From assembly GCA_036172245.1 (NCBI GenBank), contig JAYWIR010000036.1:1922001-1986000 (forward strand): DNA of 64,000 bases. Direction: 5' to 3'. The stretch's first letter is position 1. Each line of letters begins with the position of its first letter. Shown here one piece after another: positions 14,201 to 25,559 of this stretch. Both the position numbers and the translations under genes were made by a program. The notes under the pieces were generated by a model. It did no database searches, was not told the origin of the DNA, and was given only the letters and a program-made list of their open reading frames with translations. The DNA comes from Raillietiella orientalis. Its lineage: Eukaryota.

Positions 14201-14879
14201 AGAGAAATTTCGCCATTTTCCTTGAACAGGTTTTTCCTTGAAGCTCAAGTGAGCCTCATAAGAGAATGAGTGTATACTTCCAGGCCGAAGCACCGATCGA
14301 AAATGTCGCACACATTTGAAAGTGCTCAAATGAAGGTCGTCGTGGAGTCATCCACGTGGCAGGAATGATCTTCCTTACAGATTCACTCGGAGATCGCGAG
14401 TCTTAAGCATACCAGTCTGAGTCCTTGTATGCCATTAGGCCCTCACTCGTGCCCTACGAGGAATTGAAATCAGAATAGTGCTGTTGAGAAATCAAAAAGG
14501 GATGCACATCTCATGAAATACGATAGTACGGTGGAGGCTTAGAGGTGGAAACCCCACTGAACCTCCACGAAACTGATGTAATACGTGCCGAATGTGACTG
14601 TGATGGGGCAGATCTAATAGATCACTAAAGTTGAAAGTGCGAACTTGACCAGCGCGAGGTTATACGGTCGAAGCAATCTGAACGGAAAACCACCAAGAAC
14701 TTTACAAAATGCTGTGTCCATTTCCGGCCCACACACCACCTGCTGATACTTTGAAATGAGTATCGGACATCGGGTGCTCACAGATGGAATCCAAGTCTGC
14801 AGACCGATGCCAGGAGCGGAGTTGATCAGCAGCAGCAGCAAACATTGCTGCAACATGCATACCCTTAGAGAAAAGAAGT

Positions 14880-15538
14880 ACTAGAGAAAGATGGCGATGT
14901 CCCTCGAATTTTGCCCATTTTTCCCCAAATGGTCATCCTTAGGTTTTCGCGCTCGATGGAAAACCAAGCATTAGTTGGGGCATTGATCAGGCTCACACTT
15001 TGTAAGCAGGTTCAACCTGAACCACGTGGCAGACGGTTTCCCAGTCGACTGAGAACTCTTAGCGGAGTGTTATGGCTACCAGACCTGCGTGGCGCGCCGT
15101 CAGGCACTTTGGCACGAACGCGTCTGTCACTGCCGAATGCGGCATGACGCTTATTCCATTGCTGGTCTCTGACCTGGATTCATTCGTAGTCACGGAATTC
15201 GAGGTCACCGCCGCGTGCGACATCTGTAAAACTCCGAGAACAGCTTCCAGAGCAAAGATTCCATTCCGAAAGCGTCCTGAAAAAGCACCACTCGCGGAGA
15301 TGAGATACCATGAGAAAGTGCCTGAAGGACCGGTTGCTTCTTTGGTGCGATGGTTCACTCACGAGATAAATAGCTCGATCAAATACATGTATGCAAGGCA
15401 TCAGCAAACAGCGATTCGCGGAGGAAACGATAAAGGACAGAGAGAAAATCAGTGATCGGCATAACGCAGACCGCGGTCCACATACAAGCAGAAGGAAGCA
15501 TCCAGGAAAAAGCGCGCCACCTCGACAAGACATTATGA
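14880..15538 (+). repeat. Duplicated segment paralogous to 38796-39440
   Basis: 14991-15538 is almost base-for-base identical to 38893-39440 (identical ORF translations in the track). Looser similarity starts at 14880/38796. Confidence 0.95.
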
Positions 15539-15599
15539 AAATGGAATCTTTCCAATTCACAGTGAGTGCGTATAAAACTGGAATTGATACATTATTTTT

Positions 15600-15830
15600 A
15601 CTGGATTTCATTCTGTGCATCATGAATTTTCACTTTGGATATTTCCAGGTTTTTATCAAGAGGTCCAACCCATGGGCAAGGATTAAAAAGTAAAAATTCA
15701 GGAATCTTCGTTAAATCATTTTATTCTGGAAATGAATGCTAACTCTAAGAATGCTACATCATTTTATATTTCTCTATATTTCGAATAAATGGCGACTTGA
15801 TACAAATATGGATGGGTGCGAACTTCGCTC
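15600..15830 (-). pseudogene. Dead copy of CCDC34-like exon 2 plus adjacent intron
   Basis: Homologous to ~42010-42241. The TTTCCAG acceptor is retained but the first Tyr codon is TAA, followed by NDLTKIPEFLLFNPCPWVGPLDKNLEISK. No exon 1 copy was seen. Confidence 0.85.
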
Positions 15831-18720
15831 CACGCATGGACGGTGGATTGAGCCTCCTTACGATGGAGCGCATAGAGCGACAGCTTCAACTTCAAAGGCT
15901 CTTCCTTGCGGCGAACTTCTGGAAAACTGCTTGGAGCGAACCTGAACGGCTCTTTGCCAGCAGAGCGACCGGCTGCGAAGGATTGTCTTCGAGCCTCGTA
16001 GCATGCAAACTCAGCCTGGGCTATTGTGGCCATCAGCTGCTCCAAATGGTAGGTCTGATGAGCAACAACACGTGGATGTCCAGCCTCCCCGCGAACTGTA
16101 CTGCCTTGCTTCAGGAGTCAGCTTCCGCATGGCTCAAAATCTTGTAGACACACATGAGCACCTACCAGAGGTTTCATATGAGGAGCAGAAGCAAAACTTC
16201 GCGGAAATACGCTGACACGGAAGGGGTTTAGGGACACGAGCTCTGCAGAGTGGTCACAGTTGCCCTTTGAGCATTGGGGACCAATTCAAAGTGGTTGCTG
16301 AAGAGCAGAAAGCTCAAGTTGTCTTTTTGCCTTATTCTGCTCCAAATCATACACATTTTGGCTGCTCGAACGAAAGTGCATCTGAACGTCGCGACAGCAA
16401 AGGCTCAGGTAGGCTGCCAATAAGGTCAGAAAGTCCAAGAGTTTCTAAAGAGGTTTCTGATCGATGAGGTCAAATGGTTTTCATCGGTCGATTGAACCCG
16501 CTTGGGGTTTCATTCCCGCATGGCTTGACCTTCCCTGCCGAGCGCAGTCCGAGATTCTATCTTTCGATAACTTGTTTCCTTCTTTGATGTTTTCTTTGTG
16601 CCTCAACCCATGTGCTGGCGAAGAACAGCATGGCATCCAATCTTTGCTTGGGAAGAAGGTAGGTCTGCTCTGGAAAAATTATAGATGCCTCCGCCTGCCC
16701 CGAACGCTCAGTCAGGAGCCTCGACTGTAACTTTGCGCCTGTGCCCAACACCGTAATGAGACGCCAGTTCGGAGCCGTACGGAGGAATTCACGTTTCCTT
16801 GTCGCGTGCACAAAATTCGAATTCCATCCAGGAATAGTCTGACAGGGTCGACCTCACTGTGGTCGACCTCACGATTCAGATGTGGTGGTCGAAGTACAGA
16901 TGGTTGACGCTCCTCTCTCCTCGAATGTTCCTGCAACGAGTTGAGCGCGCGCATGGCTGCCTGCAGCTCCTTTCCGTCAGGGATGTGCTCCTGTCGGTAG
17001 GCGGGTGCACGTTATGGTCCCCTGCAGCAAGATGCGCAACCGCGTAACTGAAGATCAAGAGCCATTGGCTTCCGGGCACGTCGAAGATTTCCATTCATTC
17101 GGCTAGCGGATGGGATACTCTCGGCGCACAGATGTTCATCACGACGAGATCCATTGAGTCCGACCACTAGAGAACAAGTTGGGCGACTCGTCCCTCGTTC
17201 CTGTCCAATCGAACACTGCTTTTTCCATCCTGAGATGGAGGAGAAATCCAGCCTCACACGTTCGGGCGCACCCTCGCCGGCGGTGAAACGTCCCACCTGC
17301 GTGCTCCTTCAGCTCGGCAACCGGCCCATCAGAAATGTTCTGAATCTCCTGCAGGATTGCCAAGCCCAAACGACAAAGCGCGTTCGCCACGCTGAGCTTA
17401 TTCTTGGGGCCACGAGCCCGTTGACCTTCCAGAAGGCTACTCTGAATCGACGAGACAAAGAGACACCCGCATTACTGCTGGGAAGACGACGACGGGTTCC
17501 TCGCCCCGTCCGAGGAGTGGTCGGCAGGCAGCGCTGCAGGTTTCGGAGGAAGTTTGGATCCGTCGTCTGCCGTGATGCTTGTGGACGAATCCCAAGAGGA
17601 AGGCACCATCGACGTGTTCGAGACTGTTTCGGGAGTGTTGCCTTCGAGAGGCTCGCGCCTTGGCGCCTTTTCCAAACGCTCAGGCGTTTTGTCGTGGGTG
17701 TCCCGCTAGAGGATCCCGGAGTCGAACTGCCGATCGGAAGCCGGCTGTCGAAAACAGCAGATGCGTTTTACCTGCCTTGTTGACTACCGCGAGAGTTTGG
17801 CTGACTCTACCTTAGCGCTCCATGCCGCCGTGGCCAAAGGCATTTTTTTTCCAGCAGCAGCAACATTCACGCCTACTTACTTGCGAGGACAGCTTCGCAA
17901 GAAGCGAATGCCGCAACATTTTTCTCCGTAAGTTCGTACGCAAGAGGTTTTCTTCTGCGACCACTCGCTTTTAGACCGAGAGGGTGGAGGAAGTTTACCT
18001 GGTTCCTCCTCTTCATTGCCCTCAACTCCGTCCGGCCATCCGCGTTCGCGTGGCAGTGTTCCTCTACGTTCGGAGATGGCGCTATCTCCGCGAACGCTAG
18101 AGGCGCTGCCTCTGCGCCCGCTGTGGGACACCGAGTTTGCTGTGCCTCCCGCTGGGATCGCTGCAGCGCCTGCATGCATCGTTAGTTTCCCTTACGACCG
18201 CCACGGGCGCTGGAAGAAGCTGCGCCGCCTTTGCCTCTGCGGCAGTCGGTGGCTGAGCCACCGTGGGTGGGTGTGCGTCAGGTTTTTTTTCTTCGGCCGC
18301 GCGTCCACCTTCTCTAAAACGACGTCAATGCGAAGAAGAGAGCCTCGAGACTGAAAGGCAAAGAAATTCCGTGCACGAAAGGGCTTGCGCGGTGCACGCA
18401 GACACAATCGAACTTCAATCTTCTCGTTTAGCGGCAGTCCGATTTCAAAATTATGAGGCGACTGCAGCACCTCGCGGAAGCACGGAGACTGCGGCGACAT
18501 CGCGCGTGACCCTTCGCGGACACGACAAGCGGACTGCCTTGGACGCTCGGAACTTGGAGACACGGAAAGTCACGGAGTGGTCGACCCCGACCGCTACACT
18601 CCTAGCCGCAGCTCCGTTTGCCCTCAGGACAAGAGATGACAACAGTCTACCGACGAGCCGGAAGTTTCGCTGCACCATCACGGGAAAAGCAAAACTCCGT
18701 TCCGACTAGAGTGAAGACTT
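15831..18720 (-). mobile_element. Decayed non-LTR retrotransposon (5' region, APE endonuclease, start of RT)
   Basis: Minus-strand AAGDHNVH (GDFN-like) near 17020, SVNHLYF...STLSDY (RIDH...SDH-like) near 16840-16910, VYKILSH...QFAGR near 16090-16150. Many stops and frameshifts. Confidence 0.6.
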
Positions 18721-18744
18721 AAGAAGTGTCAAAGGGCTGCCGAT

Positions 18745-18975
18745 GATTCTCAGCGAATGTGCCACTGGTTGCCATTGCCTAAAAGTGAAGCGATGGTGGT
18801 CAGGTGCCTCATGTGCCTATGGCCATGGTGCTGAGGTTTCACATTTGTTTTAGTTCAAATTATTCGACCCATGGAGCAGACTATGTGGTCGGATTGGCTT
18901 ATTAACAACATTGTAGTAATTGATTGTGGTATTGTGAGAAATCGGGAATTTCAAACTCATTTTAGAGCAATGTTT
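18745..18975. repeat. Inverted copy of CCDC34-like intron segment 42231-42455
   Basis: ATTCGACCCATGGAGCAGACTATGTGGTCGGATTGGC here is the reverse complement of sequence near 42310-42345. Similarity extends about 230 bp. Confidence 0.9.
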
Positions 18976-21085
18976 ATCACCCGGATGTGCCAAAGCATTT
19001 ATTGTTTGTACACAAAAAATTCCACAATAAAGTCGTCAGAATGCTTTCCTGGTAGCACACTGGGTGCTACCACGCTCGGAAGACTTGCCATCGACCGATG
19101 CAGAGACCGGTGAGGTCCTCTCCGACGGCGTAGGGGTAAGGAAGAACAAAGCAAAAATAAACAGAAGGAATTGAGAAATGGGGGAGGGAAGAAATGTTTA
19201 TAAGGGAGGGAAGGGAAGGGAATGGATCACTGTTAACCTGGATCGGACCTCTGCATCCCGGTGAGGATGCCGACAAGTGCTTCTTCCAAATTTCTCCGGT
19301 GGGGCCACTTTGACACGGTCTCCAAGGAGATCGTTGTCCAGTGCATGGCGTCCCTGCCGTTTTGCCTTCTTCTTTTGGCTTTCCGGCTTGTCACGATTCC
19401 GCGAACACAGCAGAGAACTGCTAAAGACGCGGCGGAGGGCAGGGCATCACGTCTGAAGAGGAGCCGGAAAATACCTTTGCGGTCGCCTGCCGGAAGATTC
19501 AGAATCGACGAGAGTTGATCTCAGAGTTCACGGAGGGCGACGCAGTCTATTAAGAGATGCGGGAAGGTTTCCCTTTCACCGCACTCTGCAGAGCGGGTAT
19601 ATACACTCCCTCGTGTCCAGCGCGACAGGCGTGCTCTGCATGGGATTCCCCAATGCAGGAATAGCAACGCAGTCTCTTGCCACTTCGTGGGTAGACTGCT
19701 CTCGCTGTTGCCGGGCACCCAATACAGAAAGCAAGGTTTTGGGTATCCATTGCGGCAGTTGACCGCACTTCTGGAAGCCCACTCGTGGATCTCCTGCCGC
19801 CCAATGAACTTCGACGATTGGCGGCAGGAGTCTGTTGAATCCTGGGTGGCGTTCCAAGGAATGCGCCCTGGAGATCTTCGCCCCCTGAGCCATCTTTTTC
19901 CGCGATCTTTGGAAGAAGTACTGCAGGACAAGGTGAAGTTTTCTACCCTGGCTGCCACGCCTCTCGCCGCAGCGCTGTCTGCCCTCAGGGCAAGAAACGA
20001 CAGTTGCCAACCGGCGAGGTGGGAGGTTTCCTGCACGATAGCGGGAATAACGAAACTCCTTGGCGCCTGGAAGACGAGTGAGTTGGCGGACGCCGCCACT
20101 CCTCGTGCTACTGCAAAGGGACTCCTCCGGTGGGCAGAAGAACTTGCTGTCACCCCCGAAGAACTTGTAGTCCCTCCACAGTGTGTAGACAGTTCGCTGC
20201 TACCACTTGCTTGGAAACAGGCCGTGCTGCTCCTCGTTCACTGGGGTTTTCAGTGCAACGAGCGCTGGCATCGTGTCTCCTGGGGACTTGCAAATGCGAA
20301 CTGCGTTCGCTGCGGGTCGACGGAGTCGATCCCGCACCTACTTCTGGACTGCGGTGTCCTACAAGGACCTTGGCGAAGGTTGGCAACAGCACTATCGCAT
20401 CCCTTGGACACCGCAAGAGACTTGCTGCGGCGATTCTTCGCGCCAAGCGGGCTATCTACAAGCGCAAGGATTGCAACCATCGGTTGCATACGCGCCATAG
20501 TTTCAGCCCGTCAGCGCTGTTAATCAACGGGCAGCACCAAGAGGTAATCGGCGAAGCATCTTCCTATATGGAAGCAGCCGCCAGATGGCCTCATTTGACA
20601 GAAGACTCAAGAAGGGAACTCACCCCGACATACACCGCCGGTTTACACACGCTCCGCAGCGGTCCACCCGGTAATCCTTGCCCCACACTCCATGAATTGG
20701 GTTTTTTTTTTTTTTTTTCCCTCTTCCGGCTCCTTAGGCTCCGGAACATTCCAGGTGCTACTTGTTTGAATCCCCCTGAGTACGGAGACTCACCAAAGAC
20801 CCGCTACCCTTTCCTCCCTTTTTGGTTTTTTTGTTATCCCCTTACTCCTCCCAGTTGCGTGCGGTTTGTTTACCCGGCCAGCGTGTCGGTAACTTCCCTT
20901 TGTTCCCTGTCGTTCTGTTGATTGGGGACATTGTCCATGACCGGTTTATTCTTATTAATAAACGCCCCGGCGTGACCGGGTGATAAACTTCATGGGTAGG
21001 GTGCCACTGTTAAAACACGCTGGGAGCCACTTCATCTCCTCCGGAAGTATTCCGAGCAGCTCGCCCCAGCGCATGTGTCGTTCAG
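18972..21085 (-). mobile_element. L1/Tx1-type 3' fragment (zf-RVT region, 3' UTR, terminal module), split by a nested insertion
   Basis: GELLGILPEEMKWLPACFNSGTLPMK (20990-21070) continues as LPTKWQETALLFLHWGIPC...ECGERETFPHLLIDC (19540-19695). Terminal motif at 18972-19003. Confidence 0.85.
19695..20986 (+). mobile_element. Nested 5'-truncated L1/Tx1-type element
   Basis: ORF 19687-20523 contains CVRCGSTESIPHLLLDC, followed by a pyrimidine-rich 3' UTR and the terminal motif at 20957-20986. TSD ACTTC(G/A)TGGGTAG at 19682-19694 and 20987-20999. Confidence 0.9.
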
Positions 21086-21089
21086 ACAA

Positions 21090-21420
21090 TGTTTTATGGG
21101 GAGGGGAGGGAAGGGAAGGGATCACGGTACGCCGCGAGGAGGTCTCTGCATCCCGTTTTGGATGAGAACAAGTGCCGGCAGAATTTTTCTCCGCCGGCGC
21201 CAACGGTAAGCCTTCTTCGCAGAGATGACTGCCCAGTGGATGGCATTCCGACTGCTGCGATCTCTCCTTGACGCGGTCCACTTCTCCAGGATTCCGCGCA
21301 TGCAGCAGAGAACTGCAACACACGCGGCACCTGGCAGGGAGTTCCGCATCAGGAGGCGACGAAAAATATTTTTAGGGTCGCCCACCAGAATGTTTAGGGT
21401 CGACGAGAGTCGATCCTAAA
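21090..21420 (-). mobile_element. L1/Tx1-type ORF2 C-terminal fragment
   Basis: GDPKNIFRRLLMRNSLPGAACVAVLCCMRGILEKWTASRR closely matches the copy at 35330-35484. Confidence 0.85.
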
Positions 21421-23399
21421 CATTCTCTTCAAGTCCACCCTTTGGGGGCAGGGAAAGTCTCTAGTCCGAATGTGAACCCTCTGTGCTATGCATCGGGACC
21501 GTGTCTTCGACCTCCTGACTCTGGAGCAAATGCAGCTTTCCGTCCAATTTCAGATACTCCCCCTCTTTAAGATGTCGTGGAACATCAACTTGAGCGTGCC
21601 TGCAGCCTTCTCGTTCAGCACCGGCAGGGTGGGACTTGCGTCTTATTTTGCGGGTCGTCGCCACAACCTTTGATTGCGGATTGCATCTCCGGCTGGTGGT
21701 ACGGATTAAATCTCGAAATTCACGCATTAAATCTTGACGAGGCCGAAGATGAAATCCGTGAGAGGTAGTGACTGGTGGTTTCAGGAAACCGTTCCCTTGT
21801 AGACAAGGTGCCAAGGACGATTCTCGGAATAGATGCAACGATTCTTGTACGGGTCCTGCAACAAATGCTCGCTCTGGGAGATCCTTCTAGACCCAGGGAA
21901 AAGAGAGTGGGCAGGAAGACCTCCCTTTCTGCAGCGCTGCTCTTCCTAAATGAGTATACGGGCAGTATTTTCCGACTAATTTGTTAATGAAGTGTAACAG
22001 AGCGTACATCGACACGCAAGCCAAGAAATTCAAAATCCTAGAACAGGAAAAGGGAAGAGGGATAACGAAAAAGGGAAGAAAATGCGATAGACAGGAGCAG
22101 TGATCTTTGGGTGTGTTTAGTATGCGTGGGGGTGCAAAACGAAAAAAGCGAGAGTTTTTTGGAAACAAAGGGAGTTATAGGAGAAAAGAATGGAACGTCA
22201 ATGGTGGAAAACGACAAGGGTCACCAAGTCTGCAGTTGCATCTCTTGAAGACCAGTGTTGGATGCCAACGATCTGGCAGGGAAGCAAATCGTGGATCGAT
22301 CTCCGCTCTCATCAAGAGTTCTTGCTCAAGGAACCGTGGCAGCACATCTCGGCGGTGTCTTACTGATAAAGAAAGTGCTGCTTTGAGCCTCCTTCATAGA
22401 TTCACTGATCCTAAAGGGTTCCCAATCCCAAAAGCAAGTGCAGGATCGATTTGCTGCCGCTCTTGGTTCTCAAATCCCTCAGGGAGGTAGAGAAGCACAA
22501 TCTGGTTCGAGGAGAGAGGGTTCACAAAAGTGTCTCCTCATTAAGGAGGGGCCATAGTGTTCTCGAAAACTTCACTCCAAGGTTCGCTGAATCGAATGGA
22601 ATCCGTCGTCTAACTTGAGGAAACCAATTCAGAGGGCGGTTCGCGAGGTCCATAGCGAGTTGGCAATTTCCAGAAAGTTCTTGCGGATTGGCTCCTCGAT
22701 GGGGCCATTAGGTCGTGATGGTTGTGATCCTGAGAACACGAACAGCAAAGTAGGTGGCGTTCCTATCGTGCTCTCCTCCTTGATTGGCGTCACAGCCTCC
22801 CTCGGCCTCGCGTACGCAGCAAGGTGCTGGGGACACGACTGGCGTGAGGGCTTCACTCACAAAGAAGTCTCTGGGATTGCATTTGGTGGTTCGCAGGTAC
22901 GCAGGAAGCCTTCCCCGGAGTGAGGGAATGGCAACACCATTTACAAGCGGTAGCAGCAGCAACTCGCGCTCCTCTCCCTGCGACAGCGTGGGTTCACATG
23001 TACTGGGGTTCAGCGATGTCGACGAACGTTGCAAGAGAATCCCTAGTGCAGCAAGAACAACGCCGATTTCCGTTACTTCAGATGGAGGGTGCGCTGAGTG
23101 CCACTTGAAGTCTTTTTGAAGGATTCTGAGCAGCGCGCTTCAGCGTGTCATTTCTGTGGTTGGTGCACATGGGACTGCATTGCCGGTGAGCTGGCCCGTG
23201 GTTCAACCATTCAAGTCTTTTCTCCTAGAGTCGGTCTCACATGGCACCTCTGACTTTGTCAGTACGTTGCCGCGAAGATTCTCCCTAAAATGGAGAACGC
23301 GGCAGTCAGGGAGATTGTTCCGGCACTTTTAGCCAAGTACGATGATTTCTCGGAACAGGCGGCTTCTGTAGATGCAGTGCAGACGTCGCTACGGTGACT

Positions 23400-24250
23400 C
23401 TGAGCTCGCGTTGTTGTACTTTGCTCACGTGCGAACGATTCCCTGTAGTTAGGTACTACCGTTCGCGAAGCAACAGAAGATTGAGCTGTTGTGCTCGGTT
23501 GTCGCAGCCACCCGCCAGAGCAAAAGACCGCAGTGGGCCACGTCGCGGTGAAGGCTTGCTAGGAAGAACGATCCCTTGTTTCTCGCGTCTTGTTTGACCA
23601 GAAGTGCTGGAGAGCACCAGTTGGTGCTGCACAACTCTGCAACGAAGGCCGAACATCACTGTATCTGTAGCTCCAGGCACCCCAGCGTCGTAAGGCTGAG
23701 GTCACCATTTCGCCGTGGAGCACATAAGTTCTCAAGGATACTTTCGACCTCCTATTGTTTCACAAGACGATTCACAGGAGGCTTTTTGTTCTCTTTTTAA
23801 TGCTAGTTGGAACAGAGGGGGTAGGGGGAAGACACTAGAGCGAGTTCCACACTGCCACCTGTAGCAAAAGTACGTGTTTTGTTTGCTCCTTGGCTGGTGA
23901 TTTCCTTAGCTAGTGTTGGTATGTTGGTGTGCGCAGAAACTCTGTGGTGGAACAAGGCAGAAGTGGCTGAAACCATCACCAAGGATCGACAAGAGGAGGA
24001 GGTGTTTCCATCTTTGAGCTAATGGACGTGAGGGCAACAGGCCGCCAGAGTCGCTTCTGCTACAAGGGAAGCAATGGAGCGCTATGGCCGCTGCCCCTTC
24101 AGCGACAGCCATAGCTGGAAGAAAGGTCCACATAGACGAGGGTCTAAAAGATCCCTCGCTCGTCTGCGAGATGAGCAAGTTTTATCCCCAGAGAACGTGC
24201 TCTCCTTAGAAAAGGGACTGTGCGGCCTCCATTCGAAATGGGGGAGAGCT
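23400..24250 (-). mobile_element. Degenerate L1/Tx1-type ORF2 fragment (post-RT region)
   Basis: ENLCAPRRNGDLSLTTLGCLELQ...ELCSTNWCSPALL matches KDLCAPRRDGGLSVLTMERVETQ...WNTPWCVPARL in ORF 33920-35263. Confidence 0.75.
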
Positions 24251-24279
24251 CGTGAAGAAGTCCTGTGAAAATACGGATC

Positions 24280-25540
24280 TCTCTCAACGGGTCTGAAGAA
24301 CTCCTATCGAAATAGAAACCCGCAAATGCTTTCCGGCAACGGTGGACAGCACGACGGCGGTCCATTTAACAGGTATCAGGGAACTGACTGAATACGGAAC
24401 GGTCCACATCTTGGAGTCTAAGTCAAGCCCCTCAGAAGACATCGAGGAAATCTTCAGCGGCCTAGAAACAGCGCGCATCGCGGTGCACAGCCTTCCCTAC
24501 AGACTGCAGGCTGGTGAAGAATCCATCAATCTGTGCTATGTGAGAAAACATAAATACTACGGATAACGAAATACTCCTGAAGGCCTGAAAAAAAACGTGC
24601 CCCCACATTTCGGTGCTTGCGGTGTAGGTGTATGGGAACACGCAATGGGACCTCCACAACCGGAGGGGAACTCCTACATCTTGATTCCTTGAAGGACCCG
24701 AAGGTCGACTCTTATTTGACCTGGTCTTCATCGGGGGCATCCGGTTTCAACCGCTACCAGTGCCGCACCCGGATGAATCGGGGCCAACCAGCGTCATCCT
24801 GCGGGAGGAACCCGAACTCACGACACACTGCGTCGATTCAGTTCGGAGTATTGGAACCCGCGACACTTGGTACAGCCACGCGCAGAAACCATCGTAGCCA
24901 CACGGCCTTTGTCGCGGGAAAGATTGGAGCGCCTTCCAGCGATCGAATCTTGCCCCTCAGCCCCGTCAGGATGTATTTTTTCAAGAGCTCCGCCAGTGAA
25001 CGTGACTCGAGTCTTTGCTTCCTGCATGGTTGGCGCGTGGCCATCTCCGGTGGCCACATGGCAGCAATGCCTGAGACAACGCGGTGAAATTCGGGGAAGA
25101 GGATCCAAATCCTTCTTTCAGACAAATCCGAAGTCTGTTGTAGGGTTCCTCAAGGTCCACCCACTTTCCAGCGAGAGTGGATCTCCGGAGAAAAGGATGC
25201 GGACGATCGAGATGCGCACGTTTGCACACGCGCGTGGCTTGCTCGCCAGCAAAACCGGGATGGATGGGTTCGCGGATCACATCTACCTCGATGAGCGCCT
25301 GCTCCCACAAGCGGGGAGGAGAGGCAGAGCGCTGTCCCGTCTCAGGCTGAAGTTCGAGCTTCTCCCTCCGGGCAAGGAACCTCCGAGCAACGTTTGGAGG
25401 ATGGCGGCGGATTGGCTCAGTCATCCAGGAGCGGAGGAGCATATTTTCCAGCATCTCCGAGGTTTCGCCATTCGGAAACTCGCTTCTCACCCGGGTGCAC
25501 CGAGGTGTTTATTCTTTCGAACAAAACGAGAGTCTGTGGC
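24280..25540 (+). mobile_element. ORF1 fragment (24280-24650) and endonuclease C-terminal fragment (~25150-25520)
   Basis: TAVHLTGIRELTEYGTVH...LPYRLQAGEESINLCYVRKHKYYG aligns with ORF1 at 27754-28770. DHIYLDERL...VWRM resembles the end of APE. Confidence 0.65.
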
Positions 25541-25559
25541 CTAACTGGTGGCCCAGCCA

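Noticed and set aside
20957..20990. Helitron-type 3' hairpin
   Set aside because: No CTRR end or Rep/helicase remnants; TSDs and LINE ORF2 are present.
21450..23350. Possible ORF1 remnant of another LINE clade on the minus strand
   Set aside because: Only vague motifs (DLENQER, YLKLDGKL) amid many stops.
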